Origin: the human T2T-CHM13v2.0 reference genome, Homo sapiens
NCBI RefSeq assembly: GCF_009914755.1
Contig: NC_060932.1
Reading direction: 5' to 3' (one strand)
Length of the DNA: 64,000 nt
Below the pieces are notes generated by a model that made no database searches, was not told where the DNA came from, and was given only the letters and a program-made list of their open reading frames with translations. The first letter of the stretch is position 1. Each line of letters begins with the position of its first letter. Both the position numbers and the translations under genes were made by a program. Positions 42,760 to 58,137 of this stretch are shown here, in pieces.

Positions 42760-43795
42760 TGCTGAGTGCTTGGTGCTCGGTCTATCCTCACTTCCCTCTG
42801 AATGCTGAGGGCTCGGTGCTTGGTCCATCCTCACTGCCCTCTGAGTGCTCAGTACTTGGTACTCAGTCTTTTCTCACTGCCCTCTGAGTGCTTGGTGCTC
42901 CATCTGTTCTCACTGCCCTCTGAGTGCATGGTACTTGGTCCATCCTCACTGCTGAGTGCTGGGTGCTCGGTCTATCCTCACTGCCCTCTAAGTGGTCAGT
43001 ACTTGGTGCTTGGTCCATCCTTACTGCCCTATGAGTGCTCAATGCTCAGTCTGTCCTCACTGTCCTCTGCGTGATTGGTGCTCAGTCCATCCTCCCTGCC
43101 CTATGAGTGTTCACTACTCAGTGTTCCATCTGTCCTCACTGCCCTCTGAGTGCTCAGTACTGAGTGCTCCATCTGTTCTCACTGCCCTCTGAGTACTCGG
43201 TACTTGGTCCATCTCACTGCCCTCTGAGTGCTCGGTACTTGGTCCATTCTCACTGCCCTCTGAGTGCTGGGTGCTCAATCTATCCTCACTACCCTCTAAG
43301 TGGTCAGTACTTGGTGCTTGGTCCATCCTCACTGCCATATGAGTGCTCAATGCTCAGTCTGTCCTCACTGTCCTCTGAGTGATTGGTGCTCAGTCCATCC
43401 TCACTGCCCTATGCGTGCTCACTACTCAGTGTTCCATCTGTCCTCACTGCCCTCTGAGTGCTCAGTACTGAGTGCTCCATCTGTTCTCACCGCCCTCTGA
43501 GTGCTAGGTACTTGGTCCATCTCACTGCCCTCTGAGTGCTCGGTACTTGGTCCATCCTCACTACCCTCTGAGTGCTTGGTGTTTGGTCCATCCTCACCAC
43601 CCTCTGAGTGCTCAGTACTCTGTGTTCCATCTGTCCTCAGTGCCTTTTGAGTGCTCGTACTTGGTCTGTCCTCACTGCCCTCTGAGTGCTTGGTGCTTGG
43701 TCCACCATCACTGCCCTCTGAGTGCTCAGTACTCGGTGCTTGGTCTGTCCTCACTGCCCTGTAAGTGCTTGGTGCTTGGTTTGTCCTCACTGCGC
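42760..43795. repeat. Minisatellite with 33-45-bp variant units (cctcactgccctctgagtgct...) and a 308-bp higher-order duplication
   Basis: The core is repeated more than 20 times; the block near 42952 recurs near 43260 (ORF-track starts 42992 and 43300 give near-identical peptides). Confidence 0.93.
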
Positions 43796-45333
43796 GGAGC
43801 AGTGCATGGCATAAGCTCAGTGGGTACATGCTAACTGAGTGAGTGACTGACAGAGCCTCCCCCTCCCACCCCACTGTCTTTCAGAGACCTTGGGCAACAT
43901 TACCAAATCCTCCAGGCCTCAGCTGTGAAATGGGTGTGACTGAAACCTCTTTCCAGGCTGTGGTTGAGACTAACTGCGTTATCACACACAGCACGCTTGG
44001 AACAGCACGCAATGGATACTAACTATTAAAATTGTGCTTAAACCTGGTGTCGTGGACTACACTGCTATGTGTAATCTTAATGCAAGAGTACGCAGACTGA
44101 GAGCGCCACTCGAGACAAGGTCCCCCAAACGCCTGACCGAGTTGGAGATCAGTGGTGGAAATTTCAAAGGTAGAGGACACAGCTGCCGTCTTGGGAGTGG
44201 TGGACTCCTCCCAGAAGACAATCATTTAACCGGAGAAAATGGTTTTAAACATCATTTAAAGTCTCTGAAATTATCCTAAGGGCATACGCAGAATGAAAAA
44301 CTATTTATTCAGGAAAATCCAGTAAATCTTAGTAACAACAGTGAGAGTCTGTGGCATTTCAGCCTCAGCCCTCCCTCCAAGCCCATCGAGAAAATGGAAG
44401 CTCTGCTCTCTACAGATGTGGAAAAGAAAATGGGGGCCCTACTCCCCCAGTGCCCAGTCTGGGGCTCTGGCCACCTGTGTTGCCCACCTCCCAGCCCCGT
44501 GTTAAAATGTTGAAAGCCAAATAAAGAGAAAGCCTTGAGAACAGAAAGGGCACGTGACCCATCGCGCACAAGGAGGCCCCGGTGAGACCCACCGCGCACG
44601 AGGGGGGCCCAGTGAGACCTATCTCACACAAGGGGATTCTGTAGATAATTGTAAAAGACAGTATAACATATTTCTTCTTTCTTCTCAACTTATTTTTAAA
44701 GTGCTTACATAAAAGAATATGTATATAATTACATTATTTGTATTATAACATATAGAAATGTAATACATTTGAAAATAGCAGCACAAAGAAGCCAGGTGGA
44801 ACAAAGCTGTACTGGAGAGAAAGCAATGACATCAGATAGTAACCAGTATCCACCGGGGGAAGAAAAGAGAATCAGAAATGGTAAATAAGGAGATTAATAT
44901 AACAAACTTTATAAACATATACTTGCTCTCCTTTCTTCTCTCAACTTCCTTAAAAGACTTAAGATTATATACAGTAGTAATTATAACAATATATTGTTGG
45001 GTTTGTAACATATACAGGGACAATATATTAAACAACAGCACAAAAAAGAAGTCTATGGAATGAAACTATGTTGTATGAAGTCTATGGAATTGAACTCATT
45101 CCACAGGAGTATGTTTCTGTATTTCACTGGTATTAGGCTAGTATAAATCTAAAATAAAATTTGATGTTAAGATGTACATTGTAAGCTCCAGAGCAACCAC
45201 TAAGAAAATAAACAATACAGTAAAAATGTCATTTAAGGAATAAAAAATATTACATTATAAAATAGCCACTTAATATGAAAAAGCAATAAAAGAAAATGGA
45301 GGAATAATAAGGACATATACAAAACAAAAAGTG

Positions 45334-45639
45334 GGCCAGGCGTGGTGGCTCACACCTGTAATCCCAGCACTTTGGGAGGCCAAGGTGGGTGGATCACGAG
45401 GTCAGGAGTTCGAAACCAGCCTGATCAACATGGTGAAACCTCGTCTCTACTAAAAATACAAAAATTAGCCAGGCGTGGTGGCGCACACCTGTAATCCCAG
45501 CTACTCAGGAGGCTGAGGCAGGAGAATCACTTGAATCCAGGAGGCGGAGGTTGTAGTGAGCCGAGATTGTGCCACTGCACTCCAGCCTGGGCAACAGAGT
45601 GAGACTCTGTCTCAAAAAATAAATAAATCAATAAAAAAG
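45334..45639 (+). mobile_element. AluSg-like SINE
   Basis: ggatcacgaggtcaggagttcg diagnostic; TSD aaaacaaaaag at 45321-45331 and 45640-45650. Confidence 0.93.
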
Positions 45640-47212
45640 AAAACAAAAAGCATAATGTTAGATATAAACCTAATAATCAATAAAAATAATATTTAAATGT
45701 GAATCAATTGAACAAGTCAATCAAAAGGCAGAGATCATCAGACTGAATAAAGGGAAACCAGAAACCTGCTTATCAAGTGTGTGTCTCTGTGTGTGTCTGT
45801 ATAGTATCTGCAATGTACACTGACCTCCTATAGAAAAAGTATTCATATTCTGTAGAAAATCCAGTGCAGCTTTTAAAAATACAAATGAGTTGAAAGTTAA
45901 AGAACAGAAAAACATACGTCATGCAAACAGCAACCATGACAGAGCTGGATAGGCTATACTAACATCAGAAAAAACAGACTTTAAAACAGAAAATGTTACT
46001 AAAGACAAACACTTTGTAATGATAAATGTTAACATAACAATTATAAACCCATATGCACCTAACAGTGGCACCCCAAAATATATAAAGCAAACTGGTGAAA
46101 TTGAAGGGAGAAGTAGACAATTTAACAATGGTTTTTACAGACTTCAATACCCCACTTTTAATTATTTATAGAATGAATAGGCAGAAGATCCACACAGAAA
46201 TAAAAACTTAAATAAACTTAGATTTAACCAGCATCTACAGAACACTTCACCAAAAACAGCAGAATACATATTCTCAAGTACACATAAAACGTTCTCCACG
46301 ACTGACAATATGGTGCATACACCATAAAATAAACTCGAATACCTTTAAATAGGATTGAAATCATAAAGTATATTGTCTGAGCACAATAGACTTAAATTAA
46401 AAATCAGTAATAGGAAGAAACTTGGGAAATTCACAAATATGTGAAAATTAAACAATACACTCCTAAATAACTAATGGATGAAAGAAGAAATTACAAGGGA
46501 AATTAGAAAAAAACTTGAGAAGGATGAAAATAAAAGCACATCATGCCAATATTTATAGACTGCAGCTAAAGCAGTGCCCAGAGGAAAAGTTATAGCTATA
46601 CATGCTTATATTAAAAAAGACACTCTCAAATCAATAACCTTTCTACCTTAAGACACTAGAAAAATTTCTCACAACAAAAGATAAGTGTGTGATGTGATGG
46701 ATATGTTAATTAGCTTGATATAACCATTTAACAAGGTATACATGTATCAAACATCACACAGTAAATATATGTAATTTTTGTCAACTATATGTTAATAAAA
46801 ATTTTTTAAATAATTAAAATAATTAAATAATTAAAAAGAGAAAGGAGATAGAGAAGAGCAAACTAAAAACCAGCAGAAGAAAGGAAATAATCAAGATTAG
46901 AGCAGAAATAACTGACACAGAGAATAGAAAAACAATAGAGAAATCAACAAGACCAATGGTTAGTTCTTTGAAAAGACTGACAAAACGACAATCCTTTAGA
47001 AAGACTACGAAAGAAAGAGAGGGACTAAATTACCAAAGTTAGAAATGGAAGGGAGGACATCTTATAAAATAATGACCTTATAAAAGTAAAAAAGGATTAT
47101 AAGTGAATAATATCAACAATTATGAGCCAACAAAGTTAAATACAATTCCTAGAAAAACATAAACTACCCAAACCAACTCAAAAGGAAATATATCTAAAAC
47201 AATTAGAGATTA

Positions 47213-47548
<336 letters not shown>

Positions 47549-47553
47549 TTCCT

Positions 47554-47916
47554 TGCTATGGTCTGAATGTTTGTATCCACCCCCCATTTATATGTTGAAA
47601 CTCAATCAGCAAAAGGTGATGTTATTAGGAGGTGGGGCCTTTGGAGAGTGACTAGGTCATGAGGGCCCTGTGAAAATGAATAGGATTAATGCTTTTATAA
47701 AAGAGGCCCCCAAGAACTGCCTTCCCTTCTGCTACGTTGAGGATGCAGTGAGAAGACACCATATCTATGAAGCAGAGAACGAAGCTTTTCTAGATACTAA
47801 ATCTGGTGGTGACGTGATCTTGGACTGTCCAGCCTCCAGAACTGTGACCAATAAATTCTGCTGTTTATAAAGCACCCAGTCTGAGGTATTTTGATATCAC
47901 AGTCCAAACAGACTAC
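47554..47916 (+). mobile_element. MLT1A-type MaLR LTR
   Basis: tgctatggtctgaatgtttgt...ttaggaggtggggcctttgg...tcttggactgtccagcctccagaactgtgaccaataaattctg. Confidence 0.85.
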
Positions 47917-47968
47917 CCTTGAAAACCCAAGCCAGACAGCTTCACTAGCAAATTCTATCAGACATTTA

Positions 47969-48288
<320 letters not shown>

Positions 48289-49782
48289 ACATCAATACTA
48301 ATCAATACCAATACTGTCAATACCAATCCTACCAAAAAAACAGAAGAGGGTTTAACACTTCCCAACTCATTTTATAGAACAGTATGACGAGAGATAAAAC
48401 AGGCAAAGATATCAAAAGAAAACTACAGACTAATATTCCTTATGAATATAGACACAAACACTAGCAAACAACTTAAAACAATGCATAAATGGAATTACAC
48501 ACCATGAGTAAATGGAATTTATCCTAGGAATTCAAGGGTGGTTTGGCAACAATCAATGTAATAGACACCATATGAATAAAGTACAAAAACCATGTGGCTT
48601 CCCAATAGACGCAGGAAAGAAATTTGAGGAAACTCAACACCCTTTCATAATAAAAGGATGCTCAACAAACTAGAAATCGAAGGAAACCTCCTCAGCCTGA
48701 TGCTTATGTTTATGGTCAATTGATTTTCAACAAGAATACTATAACAACTCAAAAGGGAAAGAATAGTCTTCTATTTTTTAATTTAAAAATTTTTGTTTTT
48801 TCCAGGTTTATTGAGGTATCAATGATAAAAATTGTATATATTTAGGTTATACAATAGGATGTTTTCATATATGTGTAGATTGTGAAATAATTACCACAAT
48901 AAAGCTAATCAGCACATCTATCACCTCACAGAATTACCATTTTGTGTGCATGAAGAACAGTCATTTAAATAAATGATGCTGGAACAAGTGGACTTCATGC
49001 AAAAACATGAAGTTGAACCCCTTTCTTGCACTACACTAACACAAAGACTAACTCAAAATGGACCACAGACCTTAGTGTCATAACTGAAACTATAAAACTG
49101 TCTGAAGAAAACACAGGTATAAGTCTTCATGACCTTGGATCAGACCATGGTCTCTTAGATATGAACCAAAAGCACTAGTAATGGAAGAAAAAAGTAGATA
49201 AATTGGCTACATTAAAATTAAAACTTTTTTGTTGCAAATGATACCACTAATAAAGAAGACAACATACAGAATGGGAGAAAATATTTGCAAATCATATATC
49301 TAATCTAACGAGGGACTAATATCCAAAATAAATAAATAACTTTTACAACTCAATAATAAAAAACCCAACTGCAGATTAGTGAAGGATTTGAATAGACATG
49401 GTTTTAAAGAAGTCATGCAAATGGCCAATGAGCGCACGCAAAGATGTTCAACTTCATTATCCACCAAGAAAATGCAAATCGAAACCACAATGAGACATCA
49501 GCTCAAACCTGTGAGGATGGCTAGATGAGAAAGATAGATGATGTAAAGATTGGAGAGGATGTGAAGATATCGGAACCACTGAGATGAGGAACCAAGGAAA
49601 TGCATACTTTCCTGATAAGGATGTGAGATGGTGCAACCATGTGGAACACAGTCCAGCAATTTCCCAAAAAGGTGAACACAGAGTCACCACACGAACCTGC
49701 AGTTCTACTCCTAGGCACAGACCCAAGAGAAACAAAAACACATTCACGCCAAAGCTTGTACGTGATTGCTCACAGCACAGTC

Positions 49783-50492
<710 letters not shown>

Positions 50493-52454
50493 GAGTCATT
50501 CACAATCACCCAAAAGCAGAAACAACCCAAATGCTTCCTATCCGATGAATAGATAAATAAAGCATGATCTACTCAAACAATGGAATAGTAGCCACAAAAA
50601 GGAAAGCAGTGGTTTATGCTGCAGCAGGAATAAACCCTGAAACCACGACGCTGAGTTAAAGAAGCCGGACAAAGGAGGCCAGGTAGTGTCGTGCCTGTCT
50701 ACAGGACACGTCCACAGAAGTGGACAAATCTACAGAGACAGGAAGAAGATTAGGGGTTGCTGGGGCTGAGGGTACGGGGTCTGGGTGCATGGTGAGGTCT
50801 AAAGAGCACGGGGTGTCTTGGGGGTAATACAAGTGTTCTCACATTCATCGTAGTGAGGATTGTACAACTCTGAATATACTAAAAGCTGTTGAATTACACA
50901 CTTTAAATAAGTGAATTTTACGGTAAGCAAATTATATCTTAAGACATTAAAAATAATAACAAAGGACGGAACTCACACATCTTCTTTAGACAGAAATGTA
51001 GTCTCACTGCAGCAAGTATGGCTTAAACCTGCTTCTGAACCGTGCACAGTTGTAGGCCTGTCTCAAGTGTTCCGTCGTTGACTTGTGTCCCGCCTCGCCG
51101 GGCAATGATGTATGTGTGGAGCGCAGTCATGTTCTTTGTTACGCAACACAGTTTTCACCTTGGGCTAAGATGATGTGATTCTTCCAAGGTTTGTGGCAGA
51201 AATCCCATTTAATAAACTGGTCCAGATTTCTTCATGCCGTAAAATTGTTTAAAGAAGTTATTTATTCTGCCTAGCAAAGGATATTATTTTTATTCCATTT
51301 TCATCCATTCTACAATAGAAAATATACTTCACACTTCACAGCTTTCTTCTACACATATAAATCTTTTGAACATGTGAATCGTTTCCACACACCCTCCCTG
51401 GCCTTCTGTGTTGAATTTTCTTTGCCATTTTCTCAGGGAAAGGAAGCTGCATATTTCGTGGCTGTTTTAAAGATGAGCAAAAATAGACAGCACAGAATTG
51501 TCTGTAGAGTCTGACATACAAATTGCTGGGAGTTAGGCCTGAGTCTACTTGGAAATTGTGATGGTTAAGAAAATCCCATTCTCTGACAATTCTACTCAGA
51601 GCCAACTATTGAGGACCTGGGAACTTATGGCTTGAAAGGGAGTGACCGGGGGGCTTCTCTAAAGACCCTACTTGTCTCCTGAGCCACGTCCTAGCCTCTG
51701 CCGGGTCTGCAGGAGCTGGGGTGGGGTCATTGTGAGTGGGTTCTTAGGTGAAGAAATGCACATGAACTCAGCTCTGAGACACTAATAACATGGTGCCCAG
51801 TGCACCTGCTGCAGGTACAAAGGTGAGCACCAGACAGAGCTCCCCGGGACAAAAACTGAACACAGTTCAGAGACACAGTTCCCTCCGAGAAGTGATGCTC
51901 TGCCGGGGAATAATTTTATTATGAATGACCTTGTCAAGGTCCTCCTAAACATGGAACTGTGGCTGACGGCCTGCCCAGAGGGTGGCCTGCCTAGAGGGTG
52001 TTCCAGCTGGCGTCTGTCTCTCATCGCGATGCCATCCTCATCCTGAGCCCCTGGACTCCTGTCCTGTCTCTCAGTTGCAGAGTGAAGATTTTGTTTTTTA
52101 TATTTGCTGATTTATATCACATCATGGAGTTTTTGGTCTCTTAATCTCGGAGGCTGTCCAGGGAGAGCTAAGGAAATGCTGGCGGTTGGAACCTGTTCAT
52201 TCTTGCCTAGAGTAAGGTACCTTCCAGGGCCAGCTGGGACCCTCTGGAACCCCAACCCGAGCTGTGCCGTGGAGGAGGAAAGCACAGCTTGGCCTGGTAC
52301 TCACCAAGCTCTCGTCATGGTGTCCGACACTCCCTTCTGTCTCCTCGGAGGGCCAGGCTTCCGTGCTCTGGGCTCCAGCAGGACGGGGATGGACGTATCC
52401 CTAGACACCTGCATCAGTCAAGGTCATGGATATTGGGAAGACAGACAGCAGCAG

Positions 52455-52590
52455 ACCCAGGTCTGAGCTCACATGTAGCCACTGATGTGCTGTGTGACCT
52501 GTACCATTGGCCCAGGCTCTCTGAGCTTCAGACTTCCCACCTGGAAGTTGGAGATAAGAACACTTACCTTACAGGATTGAAAAGGGGTGT
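52455..52590 (+). mobile_element. MIR SINE fragment
   Basis: gctgtgtgacct...ctctctgagcttcagacttcccacctggaagttggagataag...cttaccttacagg. Confidence 0.65.
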
Positions 52591-54587
52591 ATAACAGGCC
52601 AGGGGCTGGCAGACGAAGGGCTTGAGTGAATGACAGCTCCTTGTCTCCCATTCCTGGACAGGAAAAGTCTGCACCTCACTGAGAGCCTCGACTTCACATG
52701 CCAACTTCAACAAACTCTCACTGCCCCTCTCCCAGGGGTCAGGCATTTGCGCTATGTTATATCGTTAACTCCCAGCACAGCCTTCTAAGGTACTACATAT
52801 GACCGCCATCATTTTCCACACCAGGCAAGTTTTACAAAGCGTCAGTGCCTTCCCAGAACCATGTGGCCAGGGGGTAAGAAGATGGCTCTCCAGCCGCAGG
52901 CCAAGCACCTTGTCCTGTCCATTTCACTGGCCTTCACGGAGGTCCGGGGTGCCTCCCTGCACCACCTGAACCCGAAAGCAAGGCCACAGGGCTGTTGCTC
53001 ACCCCAGGGCTCCTCTTGGCCTGAGAGTTCCATGTTCAGCCGCAGGGGAGTTGCTGGCCCCTGGTCTCTGCCTTTTCCTTGGAGAAGCCTCCATCCAACT
53101 GTGTGGTCATAGCAAAGAGCCAGCAAGGGTCTGACAGGCTGGGGAGCCCAGGAACAGGAGGGTGAGGACCAAGCTCTGGGCAGATCCCAGCTGCCTCCCC
53201 TAGTCCCCTCGGGAAGGGGAGGCCCAGCAGAGAACACAGGGGCCGGGGGGGCCTGGAACGTGCTGAGACCACAGTGCCGGACACTCCCAGCTCAAGGGGC
53301 AGCAGCAGGGGCGCCTTCCTGAGGAGTGAGAAGCCAGCGGCCCCTCCCTTCCATTCTCAACTAAATGGCCCTCTCTCTGACCCTGCCCGAGACCACAGAG
53401 GAAGGAAAGCAGGTGCCATGAGGAAGCAACATGGCTTCTTGAGACTTTATAGATGGTTGATTATGAGGCTCTGGAAGTGCTGTGTGTGGAAATTACGAAA
53501 CTACTTGATGTTATCTGCAGGCTAGCCAGGGCCCCAGGCAGGCAGAGCAGGGTGGAACCCTGGCCAGGGCCCCTGTGTCAGCTCAGAGCTGGCTGTGGGT
53601 GGACCTGCATCCCAACTGTCTGCTGTGGAAATACTACTTTACTGGGAGTTTCTCTTGAAGTTTGGTCATAACTTTTGGCCTCTTGAGAGTGACGATCTCA
53701 TAAACAGGACCGCTGTGATGGAGAGCAGGGCCTCCGCCTGCACCTTCCTGGCAACTACTCCCCTGCAGAGGGCATGTGGCTGCTCCCCAGTCCCCAGGCA
53801 GCTGGCGACCTTGGCCAGGCCGATCAGGGTGACCCCAAGGGGCTGGGAGGGGCATGGGACCCGAGAGGACTCCCTGGTGCCTTCTGGAACTCCTGGGGTG
53901 ATCAAAGGCTCAGGGCTGCCTTTCTTAACATTCTGAAGTCAGCCTCAGGATGCGGGTTCGCAACACAAAGCAAAGCCAGAGGAGGACGATGAGATGGGAA
54001 TAACACCCTGTGGGCCTTCCCCTCATCCCCACCCATACCCTCATGTAGTCCCTGAAGCTGCAGCCCTGGGGTGAAAATCCTTCCTGCTTCCCTTTCAGAA
54101 GCTTTCATGAACGTTTCCTCGGCTCCCCCAATGCTGAGGCAAACAAGCCCCCTCTCCCAGCTCCCCTGCTGTGTGCCCTCCTGCAAGCCCTTCCGCTCAC
54201 GAACCTCGGGGTCCCAGGACCACCCCAGCTCAAGGTCAACATAAAGACTAAAGGAGGTGGGAGGGAGGGCCCGGCACCCACCAAGCTGGCTTGAATCCAT
54301 CAGCATCCTTTGTTCAGAAGGGCTCTCGGGGCCATGCAAACCCAGACAGCAGGACTACAGGCCAGGTCAGGACACAGTCCGAAGGTTGGAAATCATTAGG
54401 GACAAGCTCCTTTCTGTGAGCCCAGTCACATGACGATCACACATGCCAAACTGAGCACACGTGATCATACGGTCCCACCCAGCACCCCCTTCCTAGCCAC
54501 ACTCAGGGCTTTATAGTGGCAACAAAAATGGCCAACAGGCTACCCCAGGATGCAGGTGGAACACACAGATGACCAACTACATGACGT

Positions 54588-56530
54588 ACAGCTGACTCAC
54601 ACCCTCCCGTGACCACCCACAGAGACAGAGCTGACTCACACCCTCCTGTGACCACCCACACACACAGAGCTGACTCACACTCTCCTGTGACCACCCACAC
54701 ACACAGAGCTGACTCACACCCTCCTGTGAGCACCCACACAGACAGAGCTGACTCACACGCTCCCGTGACCACCCACACAGACAGAGCTGACTCACACGCT
54801 ACTGTGACCACCCACAGAGACAGAGCTGACACACACCCTCCTGTGAGCACCCACACGGACAGAGCTGACTCACACCCGCCGGTGACCACCCACAGAGACA
54901 GAGCTGACTCACACCCGCCTGTGACCACCCCAGAGACAGAGCTGACTCACACCCGCCTGTGACCACCCACAGAGACAGAGCTGACTCACACCCTCCTGTG
55001 ACCACCCACACAGACAGAGCTGACTCACACCCTCCCGTGACAACCCACACAGAGCTGACTCACACCCTCCTGTGAGCACCCACACGGACAGAGCTGACTC
55101 ACACCCTCCTGTGAGCACCCACACAGACAAAGCTGACACACACCCTCCCGTGACCACCCACACAGACAGAGCTGACTCACACCCTCCTGTGAGCACCCAC
55201 ACAGACAGAGCTGACTCACACCCTCCCGTGACCACCCACACAGAGCTGACTCACACCCTCCTGTGACCACCCACACAGAACTGACTCACACCCTCCTGTG
55301 AGCACCCACACAGACAAAGCTGACTCACACCCTCCCGTGACCACCCACACAGACAGAGCTGACTCACACCCTCCTGTGAGCACCCACACAGACAGAGCTG
55401 ACTCACACCCTCCCGTGAGCACCCACACAGACAGAGCTGACTCACACCCTCCCGTGACCACCCACACAGACAGAGCTGACTCACACCCTCCCGTGACCAC
55501 CCAGAGCTGACTCACACCCTCCTGTGACCACCCACACAGACAGAGCTGACTCACACCCTCCCGTGACCACCCACAGGCAGAGGTGACTCACACCCTCCTG
55601 TGACCACCCACACAGACAGAGCTGACTCACAACCTCCCGTGAGCACCCACATGGACAGAGCTGACTCACACCCTCCTGTGACCACCCACACAGACAGAGC
55701 TGACTCACACCCTCCTGTGACCACCCACACAGACAGAGCTGACTCACACCCTCCCGTGACCACCCACACAGACAGAGCTGACACACACCCTCCTGTGACC
55801 ACCCACACAGACAGAGCTGACTCACACCCTCCCGTGAGCACCCACACAGAGCTGACACACACCCTTCTGTGACCACCCACACAGACAGAGCTGACTCACA
55901 CCCTCCCGTGAGCACCCACACAGACAGAGCTGACACACACCCTCCTGTGACCACCCACACAGACAGAGCTGACTCACACCCTCCCGTGAGCACCCACACG
56001 GACAGAGCTGACACACACCCTCCTGTGACCACCCACACAGACAGAGCTGACTCACACCCTCCCGTGAGCACCCACACGGACAGAGCTGACACACACCCTC
56101 CTGTGACCACCCACACAGACAGAGCTGACTCACACCCTCCCGTGAGCACCCACACGGACAGAGCTGACACACACCCTCCCGTGACCACCCACACAGACAG
56201 AGCTGACACACACCCTCCCGTGACCACCCACTCAGACAGAGCTGACTCACACCCTCCTGTGACCACCCACAGACAGAGCTGACTCACACCCTCCCGTGAC
56301 CACCCACACAGACAGAGCTGACACACACCCTCCTGTGAGCACCCCACATGGACAGAGCTGACTCACAACCTCCTATGAGCAACCACGTGGACAGAGCTGA
56401 CTCACACCCTCCCGTGACCACCCACCACCCACATTGACAGAGCTGACTCATACCCTCCCATGAGCAACCATGTGGACAGAGCTGACTCACACCCTCCTAT
56501 GATCACCCACATGAGGCAGAGGTGACTCAC
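54588..56530. repeat. 39-bp VNTR, about 50 copies
   Basis: Unit gaccacccacacagacagagctgactcacaccctcc(t/c)gt with variant units; degenerate at the right end. Confidence 0.98.
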
Positions 56531-58137
56531 AGCCTCCCCCGCTGGACATGGCCTGAAGCTTGGCTCTGGGAGGAGAACAGGGGTGCCTGCGCCATCCTCT
56601 GCTGTGTTTAATGCCTGGGTGCTGCCCACACACTGGTGGTGCCCAGCCCCCGTGCCCCTGCTCCACCTCTGTGAGTGTGAAAGTGTCAGGAGTTGGCTGT
56701 TCCAGACCCAGTGAGGTGGTGAAGCTGACTCAGCTGCCAGAGGGAAGACAGGAGGCTACTCAGAGAGAGGTGTGCGGGGCAGGGGGCAGCCTGGTCATGC
56801 AGGCGGGTGAGGATGGGGGGATGTGCCCTGGGGTCTGTAACCTGAGCGGGAAGTGGAGGGGCCTTAACAGTCCGATGTCTGCGCCAGGAAGTGGTGACGG
56901 ATTGGGCGAGAAGTCTTGAGGCCTGGGTGTGTCCTGAGAATTTCGGTCTCTCCTCCCACAATAGACACTGCCAGGGAGTGGGGGCAATGCCGAGAGTTTT
57001 TTGTTTGTTTGTTTACATCGTGGTAAAATATACACAACATAAAATTTACCACCAGAGCCCTTTTTCAGTGTGCTGTTCAGCGGCACTGAGCGCTTCACAC
57101 TGGTGCAGCCGTCCACACCATCGTCTCTGGAACGTTCTCAGCTTCCCGAGAACTGCCATGTTTACAGGCACTGACTAATTTTCTAGGATGACCTGGTGGG
57201 GTGATGTGAAGGTTTGCAGGTGCCGCCCCCCGACCCCCGCCCCAGGCCTTTGCTCAGTCAATGCTGTACTTGTTTCTAGAGGAAGATTTAAAGCCCATTC
57301 TCCGCTCTGGAACGCAAACCCTCCTCTTTTCCCAAAGGTGCTTCCTGTCCTTCCAGGGCTGGGTCAGACATCCTATGCTGCTTAGAACTCCCAAAGCACC
57401 ACAGCCGGAATAGACTCGAGCTGCGTCTCTGCTTCCCCAGGACACAGGCTCTACTCTCCGACTGGCAGGGCTGCGAGTCCCACTGAAACCTTTGTGCTCA
57501 GGAGAGGAAAACTTTGTGGGATAAATGAATAAGGGAGGCTGTGACTTTTCCTCAGTCTTGAATTTTGATGTTGTAGTGATTTGTCCCGGGGTCTCATTTT
57601 TCTATTGTGTGTCGTGTTTATCTTGATAACATCTGCTTTTGAGATAGTTTTTCTCAAAACTATTGTTGCTTTCATCCAGTCTTGCTGACAATTTCTAATT
57701 AGCAGTAAAAAAAAAATAATAATGAATGCCAAGGCTGCAAGAAATGTTTAAAAATGATCTTTTCTTATTTCAGATGAAAAGAAAGTGAAAGATCAAATAG
57801 ACCAAAGGTTCTTAAAGCCCATGTTTTAAAAAAATGTATGCAGCTCTAAAATTCAATGTTTTTTATTTCTCATCTTTATAAGAACAAATTTATGAACATT
57901 GTTTTGGGGACAGTGACTACTAGAATAGAATAACAAAAGGTAAGTATCCAGAATACTTAAGGAATTTACAAAATAATAAGAATAAAGTGAAAAACCCAAA
58001 GAAAGGGGCAGACGTTATGAACATAAAATTCACAAACAGGAAGCAGGAGTGGCCACAAGCCACGGACACGCTCAGTCCCACCAGTGCTCAGAGACACACA
58101 AACTCAGACAGGTGAAATGGACAAAAATTCAGATCAT

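Noticed and set aside
54600-56420. cctcccgtgaccac resembling the PRDM9 13-mer CCTCCCTNNCCAC
   Set aside because: It has one extra base and lacks the correctly placed T, so it is not a true match.
54503-56490. Repetitive ORFs (TTHTDRADSHPPV / WVVTGGCESALSV) resembling a mucin repeat
   Set aside because: The 39-bp unit is a multiple of 3, both strands give ORFs, frequent 4-nt unit deletions break the frame, and there are no flanking coding exons.
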